From Alphaproteobacteria bacterium (lineage in GTDB: Bacteria > Pseudomonadota > Alphaproteobacteria > JAPOUT01 > G958296285), in assembly GCA_965212115.1 (NCBI GenBank), contig CBDBUR010000001.1:641395-705394 (forward strand): a DNA stretch of 64,000 bases, in the 5' to 3' direction. Of this stretch, positions 1 to 12,308 are shown one piece after another. A program made the position numbers and the translations under genes. A model generated the notes under the pieces. The model searched no databases. It was not told where the DNA came from and saw nothing but the letters and a program-made list of their open reading frames with translations. How positions within the stretch are numbered: position 1 is the stretch's first letter; each line of letters begins with the position of its first letter.

Positions 1-2293
1 CCCACATCCTAACGCCGATCGGCTGCTTCTGTGTCGGGTCGAGACCCACAAAGGCCTTTATCAAGAACAGATCGTCTGTGGCGCGCCTAATCTGCGCGTC
101 GGACAGATCAGCGTGCTCGCGCATATTAACACCGTGATCCCGGCGAGCGGCAAAAAACTGCGCGCGGCAAAAATTCGCGGCGAAAAATCTGCCGGAATGT
201 TGTGCTCGGCGGCTGAGCTCAACATCAGCGATGAGGCGCAAGGCATTCTCGACCTCGACGCACAAACCCCGCTCGATATGGAGGTAGCGCAAGCTCTCGG
301 CTTGGACGAGGCGGTGATCCATGTTGAGATCACGCCGAACCGTCCGGATTGGGCGGGCGTGCGCGGCATTGCGCGCGATCTCGCGGCGGCGGGGCTGGGC
401 GAGCTCATTGAAAAGGAAAGAATCACTCTGCCAGAAAGCTTTACAAACCCAATTCAAATTCGACATGAATCACCTGCGGCGCAATCAGCCTGTCCGATAT
501 TTGCCGGACGCTATATTCGCGGACTCAAAAACCGCCCGTCGCCGGATTGGATGAAAAAAAGATTGATCGCGGTGGGGCTGCGTCCGATCGATGCGCTTGT
601 GGACATCAGCAATTATATTTGCCACGATCACGCGCGCCCTTTGCATATTTATGATGCGCACAGACTCGCGAAATCTCCCAACAGCGACATTCATCTGCGG
701 ATGGCGCGGACGGGTGAGAGATTTCTCGCGCTCGACGGACGGGAATATGAACTCAATCCGGCGGTCTGTGTTGTCGCCGATAGCCAACAGGCGCAAGCGA
801 TTGGCGGCGTCATCGGCGCACAGGAATCGGCGGTCAGCGACGCGACGAGCGATGTTTTCATTGAAAGCGCTTTGTTTGATCCCGCCACAACTTCTCGGAC
901 CGGTCGACGCTTAAATATAGAAAGCGCCGCCCGCTATCGCTTCGAGCGCGGCGTCGATCCGGCGTCAACAATTTCAGGATGCGATCTTGCGGCCAAAATG
1001 GTTTTGGATATTTGCGGCGGTGAAGTTAGCGCTCTTTCTGTTGCCGGTGAAGTTTCAGATGATAAGCGAATCATTCATTTTATGCCGACGCAGATTGAAA
1101 AATTAATCGGCGTTCAAGTTTCGGCGGAAAAGATAAGCGCGATTCTCGACCGTTTGGGTTTCGCGCTCGAGCGCGAAGGCAAAATCTGGCGAGCGTCACC
1201 GCCTTCATGGCGGGGCGACATTGCGCAAAGAACCAATAAAGAAGGCGTCGCCGATCTCGCTGAAGAGATTTTGCGGCTTCATGGCGTGGAGCATTTGGCT
1301 GAAGCGGTTTTATCTGTGCCGGTGATGGGCGGTCATCTTGCTGGCTCATCGCAGCGGCTTCGATTGCGCCGCGCGCGCCGCGCGCTGGCGGCGAACGGCC
1401 TGATCGAAGCGATCACTTGGTCTTTTCTGCCGCAAGAGGTCGCGCGATTGTTTATAGATGAAGATCAATGCGCTGAGTTGCGTCTTGCCAACCCGATCTC
1501 ACCGCAGCTTGCGATCATGCGCGGTCATCTATTGCCCGGTCTATTGATGAGCGTGGCGCAGAATCTAGCGAAGGGGCGTCGCGATATATCTCTTTTTGAA
1601 GCTGGCTTGATTTTTGAGGGCGGTGCGCCTGGAGAACAAAAGCAACATATTGCGGCGGTGCGTGAGGGTCGGGTTGAGACGTCGCGCTCAGGGCGCGATT
1701 GGCGCGGCGATGCGGCGGTGGCTGATATTTACGCGGCCAAAACCGATATGATGACGGCGCTCGCCGTCTGCGGCATAGACATCGCAAAATTGACGATCAC
1801 ATCTGATGTTCCCGGCTATTTTCATTCGAGCTGTGCGGGCTGTGTGATGTTGGGGAGCGACAAGCCTATCGGCTATTTTGGCGAAATTCATCCTTGGGTG
1901 CTGACAAAGCTTGATATTGACAAGAAGGTTGCGGGTTTTGAACTCAACATGGATCGTCTGCCCGTGAGGAAGAGAACAAAGACTCAAAAAACGCGATTTG
2001 ACCGCTCGCCCTTACAGGCGGTGCGACGCGATTTTGCGTTTACCGTCTCTCAAGATATTCGCGCGATGGAATTGATCGATGCGGCGCGCGCGATGCTGGC
2101 CGACTGGCAAGCGGAAGTGAAATTGTTTGATCTGTTTGAAGATGAGAAGGCATTGGGCACGGATCAGAAATCTTTGGCGATCGAAGTCAGCCTTTACCCG
2201 CACGCGACTCTGCGTGATGAGGAGATCGAAGAGATATCGCAAAAGATCATATCTCATATTGAGTCGAAAACGGGAGGACGATTGAGGCGCTAA
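1..2293 (+). CDS. pheT: phenylalanine--tRNA ligase beta subunit, 3' portion (5' end lies upstream of window)
   Basis: Reading frame 2 is open from position 2: ...HPNADRLLLCRVETHKGLYQEQIVCGAPNLRVGQISVLAHINTVIPASGKKLRAAKIRGEKSAGMLCSAAEL. This is the EMAP-type tRNA-binding domain near the PheT N-terminus. It is followed by the B3/4 and B5 regions and a C-terminal FDX-ACB-like tail (...ATLRDEEIEEISQKIISHIESKTGGRLRR). The track ORF 113..2293 is the same frame, truncated to an internal GTG. TAA stop at 2291-2293. Confidence 0.9.
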   Translation, partial: PHPNADRLLLCRVETHKGLYQEQIVCGAPNLRVGQISVLAHINTVIPASGKKLRAAKIRGEKSAGMLCSAAELNISDEAQGILDLDAQTPLDMEVAQALGLDEAVIHVEITPNRPDWAGVRGIARDLAAAGLGELIEKERITLPESFTNPIQIRHESPAAQSACPIFAGRYIRGLKNRPSPDWMKKRLIAVGLRPIDALVDISNYICHDHARPLHIYDAHRLAKSPNSDIHLRMARTGERFLALDGREYELNPAVCVVADSQQAQAIGGVIGAQESAVSDATSDVFIESALFDPATTSRTGRRLNIESAARYRFERGVDPASTISGCDLAAKMVLDICGGEVSALSVAGEVSDDKRIIHFMPTQIEKLIGVQVSAEKISAILDRLGFALEREGKIWRASPPSWRGDIAQRTNKEGVADLAEEILRLHGVEHLAEAVLSVPVMGGHLAGSSQRLRLRRARRALAANGLIEAITWSFLPQEVARLFIDEDQCAELRLANPISPQLAIMRGHLLPGLLMSVAQNLAKGRRDISLFEAGLIFEGGAPGEQKQHIAAVREGRVETSRSGRDWRGDAAVADIYAAKTDMMTALAVCGIDIAKLTITSDVPGYFHSSCAGCVMLGSDKPIGYFGEIHPWVLTKLDIDKKVAGFELNMDRLPVRKRTKTQKTRFDRSPLQAVRRDFAFTVSQDIRAMELIDAARAMLADWQAEVKLFDLFEDEKALGTDQKSLAIEVSLYPHATLRDEEIEEISQKIISHIESKTGGRLRR

Positions 2294-4093
2294 ATGGTGG
2301 ATGTGAGTCATATACGCAATTTTGCGCTGATCGCGCATATAGATCACGGCAAGTCGACTTTGGCGGATCGCCTGATACAAAAGACCGGGGGCCTCAGCGA
2401 GCGAGAGATGCGCGCGCAAGTTCTCGACAATATGGAGCTAGAGCGCGAACGCGGCATTACAATCAAAGCGCAGACGGTGCGGCTGCATTATCGTCGCGGC
2501 GATGAGGATTATATTTTGAATCTGATCGACACGCCCGGTCATGTTGATTTTTCTTATGAAGTGAGTCGCTCGCTGCAAGCGTGTGAGGGCGCACTGCTTT
2601 TGGTCGATGCGGCGCAAGGTGTTGAGGCGCAAACTTTAGCCAATAGCTGGGCGGCGTTGGAAGCTGATCTTGAGATTTTGCCGGTGATCAACAAGATCGA
2701 TCTGCCCGCGGCGGATCCAGTGATGGCGATGGCGCAAATAGAAGATGTGATCGGGCTTGAAACACACCATGCGCTAGAGATTTCGGCCAAGAGCGGACGA
2801 GGCGTTGAGGCTTTGCTCGAGGCGATGATTACGCACCTGCCGCCGCCGCAAGGGAATCGCGCGGCTTCGTTGAAAATGCTGCTGATTGATAGCTGGTATG
2901 ATTCTTATTTGGGAGTTGTGGTTTTGGTTCGGATTTTGGACGGCGTTGTGCGCAAGGGGATGAACATTCATATGATGGGCGCGGGTCAGAGCTATCTCAT
3001 TGATGAAGTTGGTGTTTTCGAGCCAAAAAAAAGACCTGTGGCCAAGCTGGGTGCTGGAGAGATCGGCTATTTCACCGCATCGATTCGCGAGGTGGCGGAC
3101 GCGAGCATTGGCGACACAATCATAGCGCACGAAGATGTGAGCAGCGGTCTTGAGGCTTTGCCTGGGTTTCGCCCGACGCAGTCGGTAGTTTTTTGCGCGC
3201 TCTACCCGGAGGACAGTTCGCGGTTTGACGATTTACGAGAAGCGATGGGTCGATTGCATTTGAACGATGCCGCGTTTCAGTTTGAGCCGGAGACGAGCGC
3301 GGCTCTGGGGCTAGGATTTCGCTGCGGCTTTTTAGGCTTGCTGCATATGGACATCATCACCGAGCGGCTTGAGCGCGAATTTGGGATTGATCTAGTCTCG
3401 ACAGCGCCCGGCGTGATCTACCGCCTGACACTGACAAATAATAATGAGCTTGAATTGCATAATCCGGCGGACATGCCGGACTGGCAGAAGATCACCAGGA
3501 TTGAAGAGCCTTGGGTGCGCGTAAATATATTAACGCCGGAGAAGAACCTGGGTGCGGCGATTTCTTTATGCGAGAACCGCCGCGGACGGCAGCATGATCT
3601 AGTTTATATGTCGACGCGAATCATGGCGATTTATGATTTGCCTTTGAGTGAGATTATTTTTAACTTTCACGATCAACTAAAATCCGTGAGTCGCGGCTTT
3701 GCGAGTTTTGACTACCAGCCTTTGGGCTATCAGGAGGGTGATTTGGTTCGTTTATCTATATTGGTCAACAATGAGCCGGTGGATGCGCTTTTTTCGATCG
3801 TGCACCGCTCGCGCGCCGAGATGCGCGGTCGTGCCATGTGCAAAACTTTAAAAGAAGAAATACCACGACATTTATTTAAGGTTCCGCTTCAAGCAGCGAT
3901 CGGAGGGCGGATTGTCGCACGCGAAACGATTCCGGCACTGCGCAAAGATGTGACAGCAAAATGTTATGGCGGTGACATTACACGCAAGCGTAAATTATTG
4001 GAAAAGCAGAAGGCCGGAAAGAAAAAGATGCGTCAGTTTGGACAGGTCGAGATTCCACATCGTGCATTTTTAGCAGTGCTGAAAGAGGACTAG
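2294..4093 (+). CDS. lepA: elongation factor 4 (translational GTPase LepA)
   Basis: 599 aa. The N-terminal G-domain is [54 protein letters not shown], and the DTPGHVDF and NKIDL GTPase motifs are present. The C-terminus (...[39 protein letters not shown]) is typical of LepA. The ATG immediately follows the pheT TAA (..GAGGcgcTAAATG), with a GAGG Shine-Dalgarno ~7 nt upstream. Confidence 0.95.
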   Translation: MVDVSHIRNFALIAHIDHGKSTLADRLIQKTGGLSEREMRAQVLDNMELERERGITIKAQTVRLHYRRGDEDYILNLIDTPGHVDFSYEVSRSLQACEGALLLVDAAQGVEAQTLANSWAALEADLEILPVINKIDLPAADPVMAMAQIEDVIGLETHHALEISAKSGRGVEALLEAMITHLPPPQGNRAASLKMLLIDSWYDSYLGVVVLVRILDGVVRKGMNIHMMGAGQSYLIDEVGVFEPKKRPVAKLGAGEIGYFTASIREVADASIGDTIIAHEDVSSGLEALPGFRPTQSVVFCALYPEDSSRFDDLREAMGRLHLNDAAFQFEPETSAALGLGFRCGFLGLLHMDIITERLEREFGIDLVSTAPGVIYRLTLTNNNELELHNPADMPDWQKITRIEEPWVRVNILTPEKNLGAAISLCENRRGRQHDLVYMSTRIMAIYDLPLSEIIFNFHDQLKSVSRGFASFDYQPLGYQEGDLVRLSILVNNEPVDALFSIVHRSRAEMRGRAMCKTLKEEIPRHLFKVPLQAAIGGRIVARETIPALRKDVTAKCYGGDITRKRKLLEKQKAGKKKMRQFGQVEIPHRAFLAVLKED

Positions 4094-4118
4094 AGCTCAC
4101 TCGCCTCATTGTGAGTTC
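4093..4118. terminator. possible bidirectional terminator hairpin between convergent lepA and giant gene 1
   Basis: Imperfect inverted repeat GAGCTCAC (4093-4100), 10-nt loop, GTGAGTTC (4111-4118). This gives an 8-bp stem with one G-U wobble. There is no strong U-tract on the plus side. The minus-strand side is followed by CUAGUCCUCUUUC. The 50-bp gap between the convergent stop codons leaves little room for anything else. Confidence 0.25.
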
Positions 4119-4143
4119 ATCAGCACACAACAACCTAAGAACT

Positions 4144-7100
4144 TTAGTTTGAGGGCACCAGCGGGGTTGCGATACGACACCGGGGGATTACACAGTGGAA
4201 GTCAATATCAAAACTCGCCGCACTCAGCGTCGCGCCGCCGTTGAACACCGGAACAGCACCGCCAGTGTCAATCCCTAAAATGCCGCTCGCTGTCAATGAG
4301 GTCGATAACGACAAACCGCCCGTCACCGCAATAAATAAATTCGTCGCAGACGATGCAGACGATGAACCCGCCTCTAGCGTCAGCATCCGCGCCGAAAGCC
4401 TCACCACATCCGCGCTAAAATCTAAAGCGCCCGACGCATCCAATTCTAAATTATGCACGCCCGCTTCAATGTTCCCATTAACATCAATCATCATGGCATC
4501 CACCATCACACTCCCATTCACCACGCCCCCATCCGTAAAAGTAAAACGCGTCGCACCCGACGCGCCCAGCGTCAACGAACCCGTGCCAAAATTATACGAC
4601 GCCGTCCCACCGCTCGAACTCGACGCAAATATAATGTCCCCAAACACCTCCGTCGATAAACTTAAATCACGATTCAACGCTATCATCCAATCCCGAACCG
4701 TCAGCAATGATGAACGACGCGTCGCAATCGAAACAGCCGCAGTAGACGACAACACAAATGAATCCTCAACCGCAAAATCCTCCGTCTGATCTAAAAATAT
4801 ACTCCCCGCTGTCAATGTCGGTGAACCCGTCGCGCTAATGCCGCCCGAACCCAACTCCGTCACCGATCGACCACGCACAGTCCTCGTGACGTCAATACCC
4901 GCCGTGATCCACAGCACGCTCGACGCGCCGCTTACCGTGATCGCATCGTTGATCGTTACATCTCCACGACCCTCAATCCGCAGATTAACCGTTGACATCA
5001 CAACCTCCGAACCACTGCTATCACTATCGCTCGTCACAATAATATCGTTGCCACGAACAAAACGCTCACCGCTCGCCCCCGTGAACGATAATCCACCCGC
5101 CGCTGACAAAGTCAAATTACCCGTGCCTGTATCAATATTACGCCCGACAACCAAAACACCGCTAGACACAATCTCTACATCAATACCCGAACGAACCATC
5201 CACCCCTCAACCTCCTGCATCCCCGCACCGCTATAATTCACAGCCAGACCTGTCAAACCCCCGCGAAAAATAACAGGCACCGTTCCATCAAAAACTTCCC
5301 CCTGACTAAATGACAGCTCACCCGCCGTTATCGATAACGTCGGCGTCGTCACACCCCGACGCGTCCGCGTCGGAAAATCAAGCGCGCCCGCAGCCGTAAA
5401 AGACACAGAGCCCGAACCCACATTCAGCAGCGCACGAACCATCAAATCGCCCGACGACACAACACGCACCGCTTGATCACTACCACGCCGCGGCGCACGA
5501 CGCGATGTCATAGATACTTCAGCACCACTTAAATCAATCGACCGCGTCGACGAAAACCTCAACTCGCTGCGACTGCCCGACGCCGTTAAAGTTAAATCTC
5601 CCGCCGTTAGCAAACTCGTACCCACCGTCAAATTGCCCGTCGCAATGATCGATACCGCCAAAGTCCCCACACTCGGCTCAAGACGAGTCGTCCCATCAGA
5701 ACCAAACTCGTCCGCTGTCAAAACTACGCTCACACCACGCAACTCCGTCGCCAGCGCCGTCCCTACAGTGATAACTCCAAAATTCTCCTCAACATTCGTC
5801 ACTGCCATCCCGTCCATCATCGTCTCGACCGTCTCCGACGCGCCCGCCTCTAAAGTCAGATTGCCACGACCCGATGTCAGAGGACCATTCAATGTCAAGT
5901 TCCCTCTCGCACGTACGGTCACATTCTCACGACGACGGTGCGTCTCAAGATCCCCAGTACTCCTCAAACTGATGTTCTCTCCGCGCAATGTCCGTGAACC
6001 GCTAAATCTCACCCGATCCGCCGTCAAAACTAAATCACCTGTCGCTTCAATGTTCGTGCCAATCGTGAGATCACCTGACGCTTCAACCGTTAAAGCCTCC
6101 GCCATCACTGCGTTGCCAAGTAAATTAATGCCAGCACCGCCTAATGTCCGCGTCCCCGTCAAAACGACGTCGCCATTATTCGCCAATGTCCGCGTCCGGC
6201 GACCCACACGCGCGCGACGCGTCCCAAAACCCGCCTCCAAACGCAAATTACCCGTCCCAGAATTGAGGTGCGCCCCAATCGTCAGATCAAACGAAGTCCG
6301 TACAACAACATCACCCGCCAAACCCGTCGCTGTCGGCCCATCGCCAAACAACATGATCGTCTCCGCATCCAACTCAACCGTTTCAATGAAATTGATCGTC
6401 CCTGAATTGCTCGTCCCCGAGTCAGGGACATCATAACCCGCTTCAAGAATCAATGAACGACCATTGCTCCGTAAGCCTCGAAGATCCGTCGAAACCAAAA
6501 CAAGATTGCCGCTCACCGATAAATCCCCTGACGCACGAACCACCAAACGCGCGCCTGACACCACCATCCAAGCCCCAACCGGCTGCGACGACGACGACAA
6601 CGCGTTGAATTCAAGCTCCGCAACATTGGGCTCAAAATTAGTAAAATTAGCCGCTTCAAAAGGAAGCATCGAAATTAAGCGCAGCCCCAAGCCAGACATA
6701 ACATTCGAGACGCCATCCCCCGCTACCATGAAACTATTCGCCCTCAAAACAACCGCACGTGATCCCTGACCATCAAAACGCAGCTCCCCTGTCTCTCCCG
6801 CTACCGTGCTCGCGCCTGCCGTCAGCCCCAAAACCCCCGACGTCGATATGTCCGCATTTACTTCTAAATCGCCCTGCGCCGTGATCGTTAAGTTTTGACC
6901 AAACGGCGATGACACCGCTCCATGCGCGTCCAAAATAATATCACCGCCGCTCAATACAAGCGGCGCCGGGCCAGTGAAATTGATCAAACCGGGATTGCGA
7001 ACCTGAACTTCAACCTGCTCACCCATTTCGTTCGTCATCATCATCGCCATCGTGCCCCGTCCAGCCTCAAGCGTTAGGTCCCCTGCGCCAAGCGCAAGCG

Positions 7101-10100
7101 AGCTGCCCACCACCACATTGCCCCGCGCGCGAACCCCTAGACCAGCGTCGCCCGAAGACGTCGCCAACGTCACCATCCAATCATGAACCGTCTGATCCGA
7201 AGTCGATGTCGTCACAAACTCTATCTGACCAACAGACGTCGTCGTCGTCGTCTTAAATGGATTCGTCGCCGAAGCCGCCGCCCAAACACTCGACGACACC
7301 AATCGCAATGTCTGACCGCTCGACGCCGCTGGCGATGATGTCGCCGTCAAGCTCAACGCCCCTCCAGTCAAAACCGTCAGACGCGATGAATTGAAATTGA
7401 TCGCACCCGCCGACGCCGTCAGACTTATATTGTTCGAACCCGCATTAATATCGCTGTTGACATTTACATCGCCCGTCAAAGCCGTGATCGAAACCACCCC
7501 GGCGCTCTGCTCAGGCGCTAAATCACCCGTCAATGTCACACTCGACCCGCTCAATGTCCGCGCCCCCGTCAACGTCAACGCGCCATCATTCGCTACACTG
7601 CGCGTCCGACCGCGAACACGAACACGACGCGTCCCAAAGCCCGCTTCCAAAGTCAGCGCTCCATCTCCTGTTAGATCAGCACCAACCGTTAGATCGCCTC
7701 GCGCTCTGATCCTCAACGCAAAACCGCTCGGCGATGACGCCCGCGTCGAAAGCAACGTCACTTCCGAACCCTCCAGCGCGCGAACCATATCTGCGTCCAC
7801 CGTCCCAAAAGTGATCGCACCCGTGCCCCCATTATAGCCCGCTTCCAAAATTAAACCCCGTCCATAGATCAAATCATTCGCTACAACAACATCGCCCGCG
7901 CCGCGAACCGCTAGCGCTGATCCCGAAGAATTCGCTCGCGATACCATCCACGCCTGAACCCCCTGCGCCGCTGTCGCCGTCGTGATGAACTCCAGCTGGC
8001 CAACATTCGTGGCAACATTAAATGGATCAGACGCCACTGCCTCTTCCCATACCGTCGCGCGACGCAGCCCAACTCCTCGACCCTCTACACTCGGCCGACG
8101 ATCAGCCGTCAGCTCCAGCGCCGAGCCCGTCAACGTCACCAGGCGATCAGGACTGAAACGAATCTGACCCGAACGCGCCGAACGCGTCGCCGTCCCTGCC
8201 GTCAAGCTCAAGGCCCCCGCGCCCGCATCAATATCGGCATGGACAAGCAAGTTGCCCCCTGCCGTGATCGTTAAATCTTGACCAAACGGGGCCGGTGCCT
8301 TCACGCCGCCATCAACAGCTAAACCAGCCGTCAAGGACACATCATTGCCGATCAATGTCAGCGCCGATGATCCCGTGAAATTAATCGCCCCTGACCCATC
8401 CCCCATGCCCGCCTCCAACGTCAGGTTGCGCGCAGACGCCAGCTCAATCGATACACCAACATTTACATCGCCCACGGCGCGAATAATTAAATGCTGCGCG
8501 CTCACCGCTGATACCATCCAAGGCTGAACAACTAATGCCGACGAGGACGTCGAAACCAATTCCAACGTCCCCCCAGAGGGCAACGTCACAACACCAAAGC
8601 GATTGCTCGTCACAAACACCGACGCCTGCGCTAAGCTGATACGACCCGCCGAAAGCGACGAACCCGGCGCCGAAGAACTCAAAACCTCGCCAATGCCCGC
8701 CGTCAAAACCAAATTGCCGCGCAAAACACTCCGCCGAGAAACACGCCGAACTAGATTAAGCGCCGCGCTCACCTGCAATGTCCCCAATGCCGTGATCGTC
8801 AAAGAACGACCACTGCCCGCTTCCGCCGATGCCTCCGCAATCGTCGTCACATTCGAAGTTAACGCGATATTCGTGCCTCTCAAACTCGTCGTCCGGCTCC
8901 TCCCAAAACTAATCGCGCCGCCGGTCGTGCTCACCATCAAATTCCCCGCGCCTACATCTATGCTCGTGGCAATCGAAACAGCCCCTGTCCCTGTCACAGT
9001 CAAATCTTGGCCGCTCGGCTGATCCAACAAATCACGCGACGAGGTCAGCGAAATCGCCGCCCCTGACAAGGACGACGCCTGATCTGACGACCACATAATC
9101 CGACCTGTTCTCCGCCGCGCCGAGGCCGAAAGCGTTAAATCGCCCGCACCCGCATTGACACGCGCCCCAATCGTCAGATCTCCCGACAAAGCCCTGATCG
9201 TAATGTCAAAATTGTTGATGCCTGCCGCTGGCGTCGCCGCTCCTTTATCTGACAGCAAATTCACATTGTTTCCCTCTAAACGGCGCGTCTCGCCAGTCGC
9301 CGCCATGAAGTTTAGCGCTCCCGTCGTGCTGCCATCACCGGCAACCAAAACCAAATCACGCCCTCCAAGCACAACGTCGCGATCCACCACCAGATCTCCG
9401 CCCGTGCGCACCGTCAAATGACGACGCCTGGAAGTCCGACGATCGCTCACCAAAGACACCATCCACTCGTGCAGCGTCTGCGACGCGCTCGACGCCGATA
9501 TAAACTCAACCCCGCCGGTGTTCAGCCTAATATTCATGAAAGGATTGCTCGCGCCAAAACCTGCCGCCTGCCTCAAACGCAACGTCCCAACCGAAAGAAC
9601 CGTGTTCGAACCTTCGATCGTATTGCTGCCGGCGCTTAAATCTAAAGTGCCGCGACCCAAATTTAAATTGGCTGACAAGGTCATCGTCCCCGACGCCACA
9701 ATCGTCAAATTACCATTGCTGCCGCGACCCGGCAAAGCGCCATCCGATGTCAGAATAATATCAGCTCCGCTCAAAACCGCGCCGCTGCCAAAACTGAGAA
9801 CGCCCGTCTCGCGCGTGCCTGTCCCCGCTCCAGCCTCAAGCATCAAATTGCCGCTGCCCGCATTCATATGCGTGTTCACTCGTAAACCGCGCAGCGCCAC
9901 AACTCTCAACAAAGCATCGCTCGCCGAAGGCATCTCAACTGCGCCCGCTTCATCACGAACCGTGTCACCGGTTAAAGTGATGACATCCCCGGTCAAGAGA
10001 CGCGCCCCTGCAAAATTGATCACACCAATATTCCCAACACGGCGACGACCAACACGCGTCGTCCCCGTGCCTGCTGTCAAAACCAAATCTCCTGTCCCCG

Positions 10101-12308
10101 TATCGAGGTCAACCCCCACTTCAATATCGCCGAGCGCGATTACGCGCAAACGCCGACCGCTCGCAGGCGACGCCGCTCCGCCTTGCAGCTGAACATCATC
10201 TCCGCGAACCTCTACATCTCGCGCCGTGCTCAGCAAGATCGTCCCGCCTGCCGTCAAAACTACATCCCCCGTACCCGCGTTTAAGTGCGCCGCTAACGTT
10301 AAATCTCCCGAAGCCTCAACTGTCAAATCCTGATTGCTCGCCGCAGGCAGCGCTCCGCGACGCGGATCCGCACTCAACTCTATCATCGCACCCGTCAAAC
10401 GCGTCGCCGCATCCCGGCGCAGCTGCAAAACACCCATGTCGCGGCTGCCCAAACCCGCGCCCGCTGACAAAACTAGATCCCCGCTCGTCAATATATCCGT
10501 GCTCACACTCAATCCGCGACGCGCCACAACACTCACCGACTCCGTGCTCGCGCGAGATGTGCCGCCCGCATCCCCGATCAACACGATGTTCAAACCATTG
10601 AGAACCGTCTCAACAGAATCCCCCGCGCTCGAAACACCCAAATACAGCGAACCCGCATTCACCTGCGTCGTGCGGCCCACGCGCGTGTTCAAACCTCCGA
10701 TCAAAGTCAAACTCCCCGTCCCCGCATTCAAATGACCCAGAACCGTCAGATCATTGCGCGCCCGAACCGTCAATGAGCGGTTCGACGCCGATGCCGGCGC
10801 ACCGCGACCCGTCAACATGATCTCCCCGCCATTCACAACCCGCGTCGCGCCGCCAAATACCAATGTCGCGCCGCTCAAAGCAACCTGACCTGTCCCTGCA
10901 TTGACGCTCGCATCAATCCGCAAATCGCCCGTCGCCGCAATCGTCAAATCACGACCGCCCGTCGTGATCGTCCCCGATGATACCAACGTAATGTCAGCGC
11001 CGACAAAACGATCCGCTGCCGTCTCTAGAATGATCAACCGACGCCGCGACGCCGCTCTCAACGTCAAAGACCCAGCTCCTAGGTCAATCGCCGCGTCCAA
11101 AATAATGTTGCCTCCTGTAGATTCCAGCCACAATGACCGATCCATAACTGACCCCATCCACGCATAATAACGCTGGTTGCCTGTCGCAATCACACGAAGC
11201 TCTCCAGACACAAAACTCGCCGGCTGTTGATCTGTAAACAGCGATCCATCCTGACGCACAATAATCTGATCTGCCGCCATCACTCGATCGCCGGCTACTT
11301 CTATTGTCCGCGCGCGCAGCGAAAGAACTGAACTCATCTCATCTCCAGACATCGAACCCAAACGCAGATCCGAACTGATCTCCAGATTGGTAAACGCCCG
11401 GATCGTCAAATTATGCGACCCCGCCATGCTCACCGACGCATCCCCGTCGCTTTCAAAAATGATGTTCCTGCCCGTCAGTTCAACCGGCGCGCTCGTCGCA
11501 AACGACAGCCCTCCAACACCCACGCTCGACGCCACACCCGCGCGCAACGTCAAAACGCCCGCGCGGCTGCGCGACGTGCTCGCGCCCGTGTGCAAAGACG
11601 CATTGACAACCAAATCCCTCTGCGCTGAAACCGTCAATGACTGACGACCCGCCCGAGGCAACGACGACGACGTCAGCATGATGTTATCGCCTGACAATTG
11701 CGTCGCCCTATTCGTCCTAAACTGCAGCGCACCCCCTGAGGCCAACGTCAGATCCCCAGCAGCGCCGGTATCTATGTTCGTGTTGATGGTCAAATTACCC
11801 GTGGCCGTGACCGTCAAAGCCTGATTGCTCGCCGTCGGGTTAGCCCCACCGGTCAAAGTGATCACAGAACCGCTCAACACCACCGCACCATTGCGAACTG
11901 TCGTGTCAGAGGCTGTGCCGCCGCCAAAATTTAAAGCACCCCCAGCGATTAAGCTCAGATTGCCTTCCCCAGTGCCAAAACTGCCGGTCAAGGTCAAGCC
12001 GCCGCGCGCACGGATCAACGCCGCGCCCATATTATCGCTCGCTAGATCCACCGCGCCCGCCGTCAGCCTGACGACACCTCCGTTCAACGTGATCGAACGC
12101 TGCGCATCAAAGTCTATCCCGCCGACCGCCGCCAATGTCAAATTGCCCGCCCGAGTGTCAAGACGCCCTCGGCTGTCAAGGCCAATGCTCGTGTTTAGGA
12201 GAATATTACCTGTCGCTGTCAACGTCACAGCGCGGCGGTTCGTCGAAATGCCGCCGCGTGAACCCGTCGTCAACGTGATGTCCGCTGCTAAAATCTCCGT
12301 CGCCGCAG
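4144..12308 (-). repeat. copy A of a ~8.2 kb near-identical direct repeat (3' end of gene 1), paired with 53949-62086
   Basis: Track ORFs on the mirror strand match copy B at a constant offset of 49,778 nt. ORFs 6464, 7391, 7982, 8603, 9155, 9418, 9518, 10334, 11387 and 11413 are letter-for-letter identical to 56242, 57169, 57760, 58381, 58933, 59196, 59296, 60112, 61165 and 61191. Scattered substitutions occur near both ends of the repeat. A 9-bp indel and different C-terminal tails shift the offset to 49,805 nt at the stop codons. Confidence 0.85.

Noticed and set aside
61-3130. Antisense and alternate-frame ORFs within pheT and lepA (61..426, 321..554, 485..796, 591..914, 1080..1349, 1515..1987, 2012..2419, 2438..3130)
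   Set aside because: They overlap strongly supported housekeeping CDS on the other strand or frame, and show no conserved motifs.
4144-12308. Contact-dependent inhibition (CdiA-CT/CdiI) or polymorphic-toxin interpretation of the exchangeable C-terminal cassette
   Set aside because: I could find no VENN, ELYN or other pre-toxin demarcation motif. The C-terminal 2,700 aa are repeat-like beta-helix sequence, not a compact toxin domain. The two cassettes are near-identical rather than polymorphic. No small immunity-like ORF follows any stop; lepA, gene 1 and gene 2 follow within 50-381 bp.
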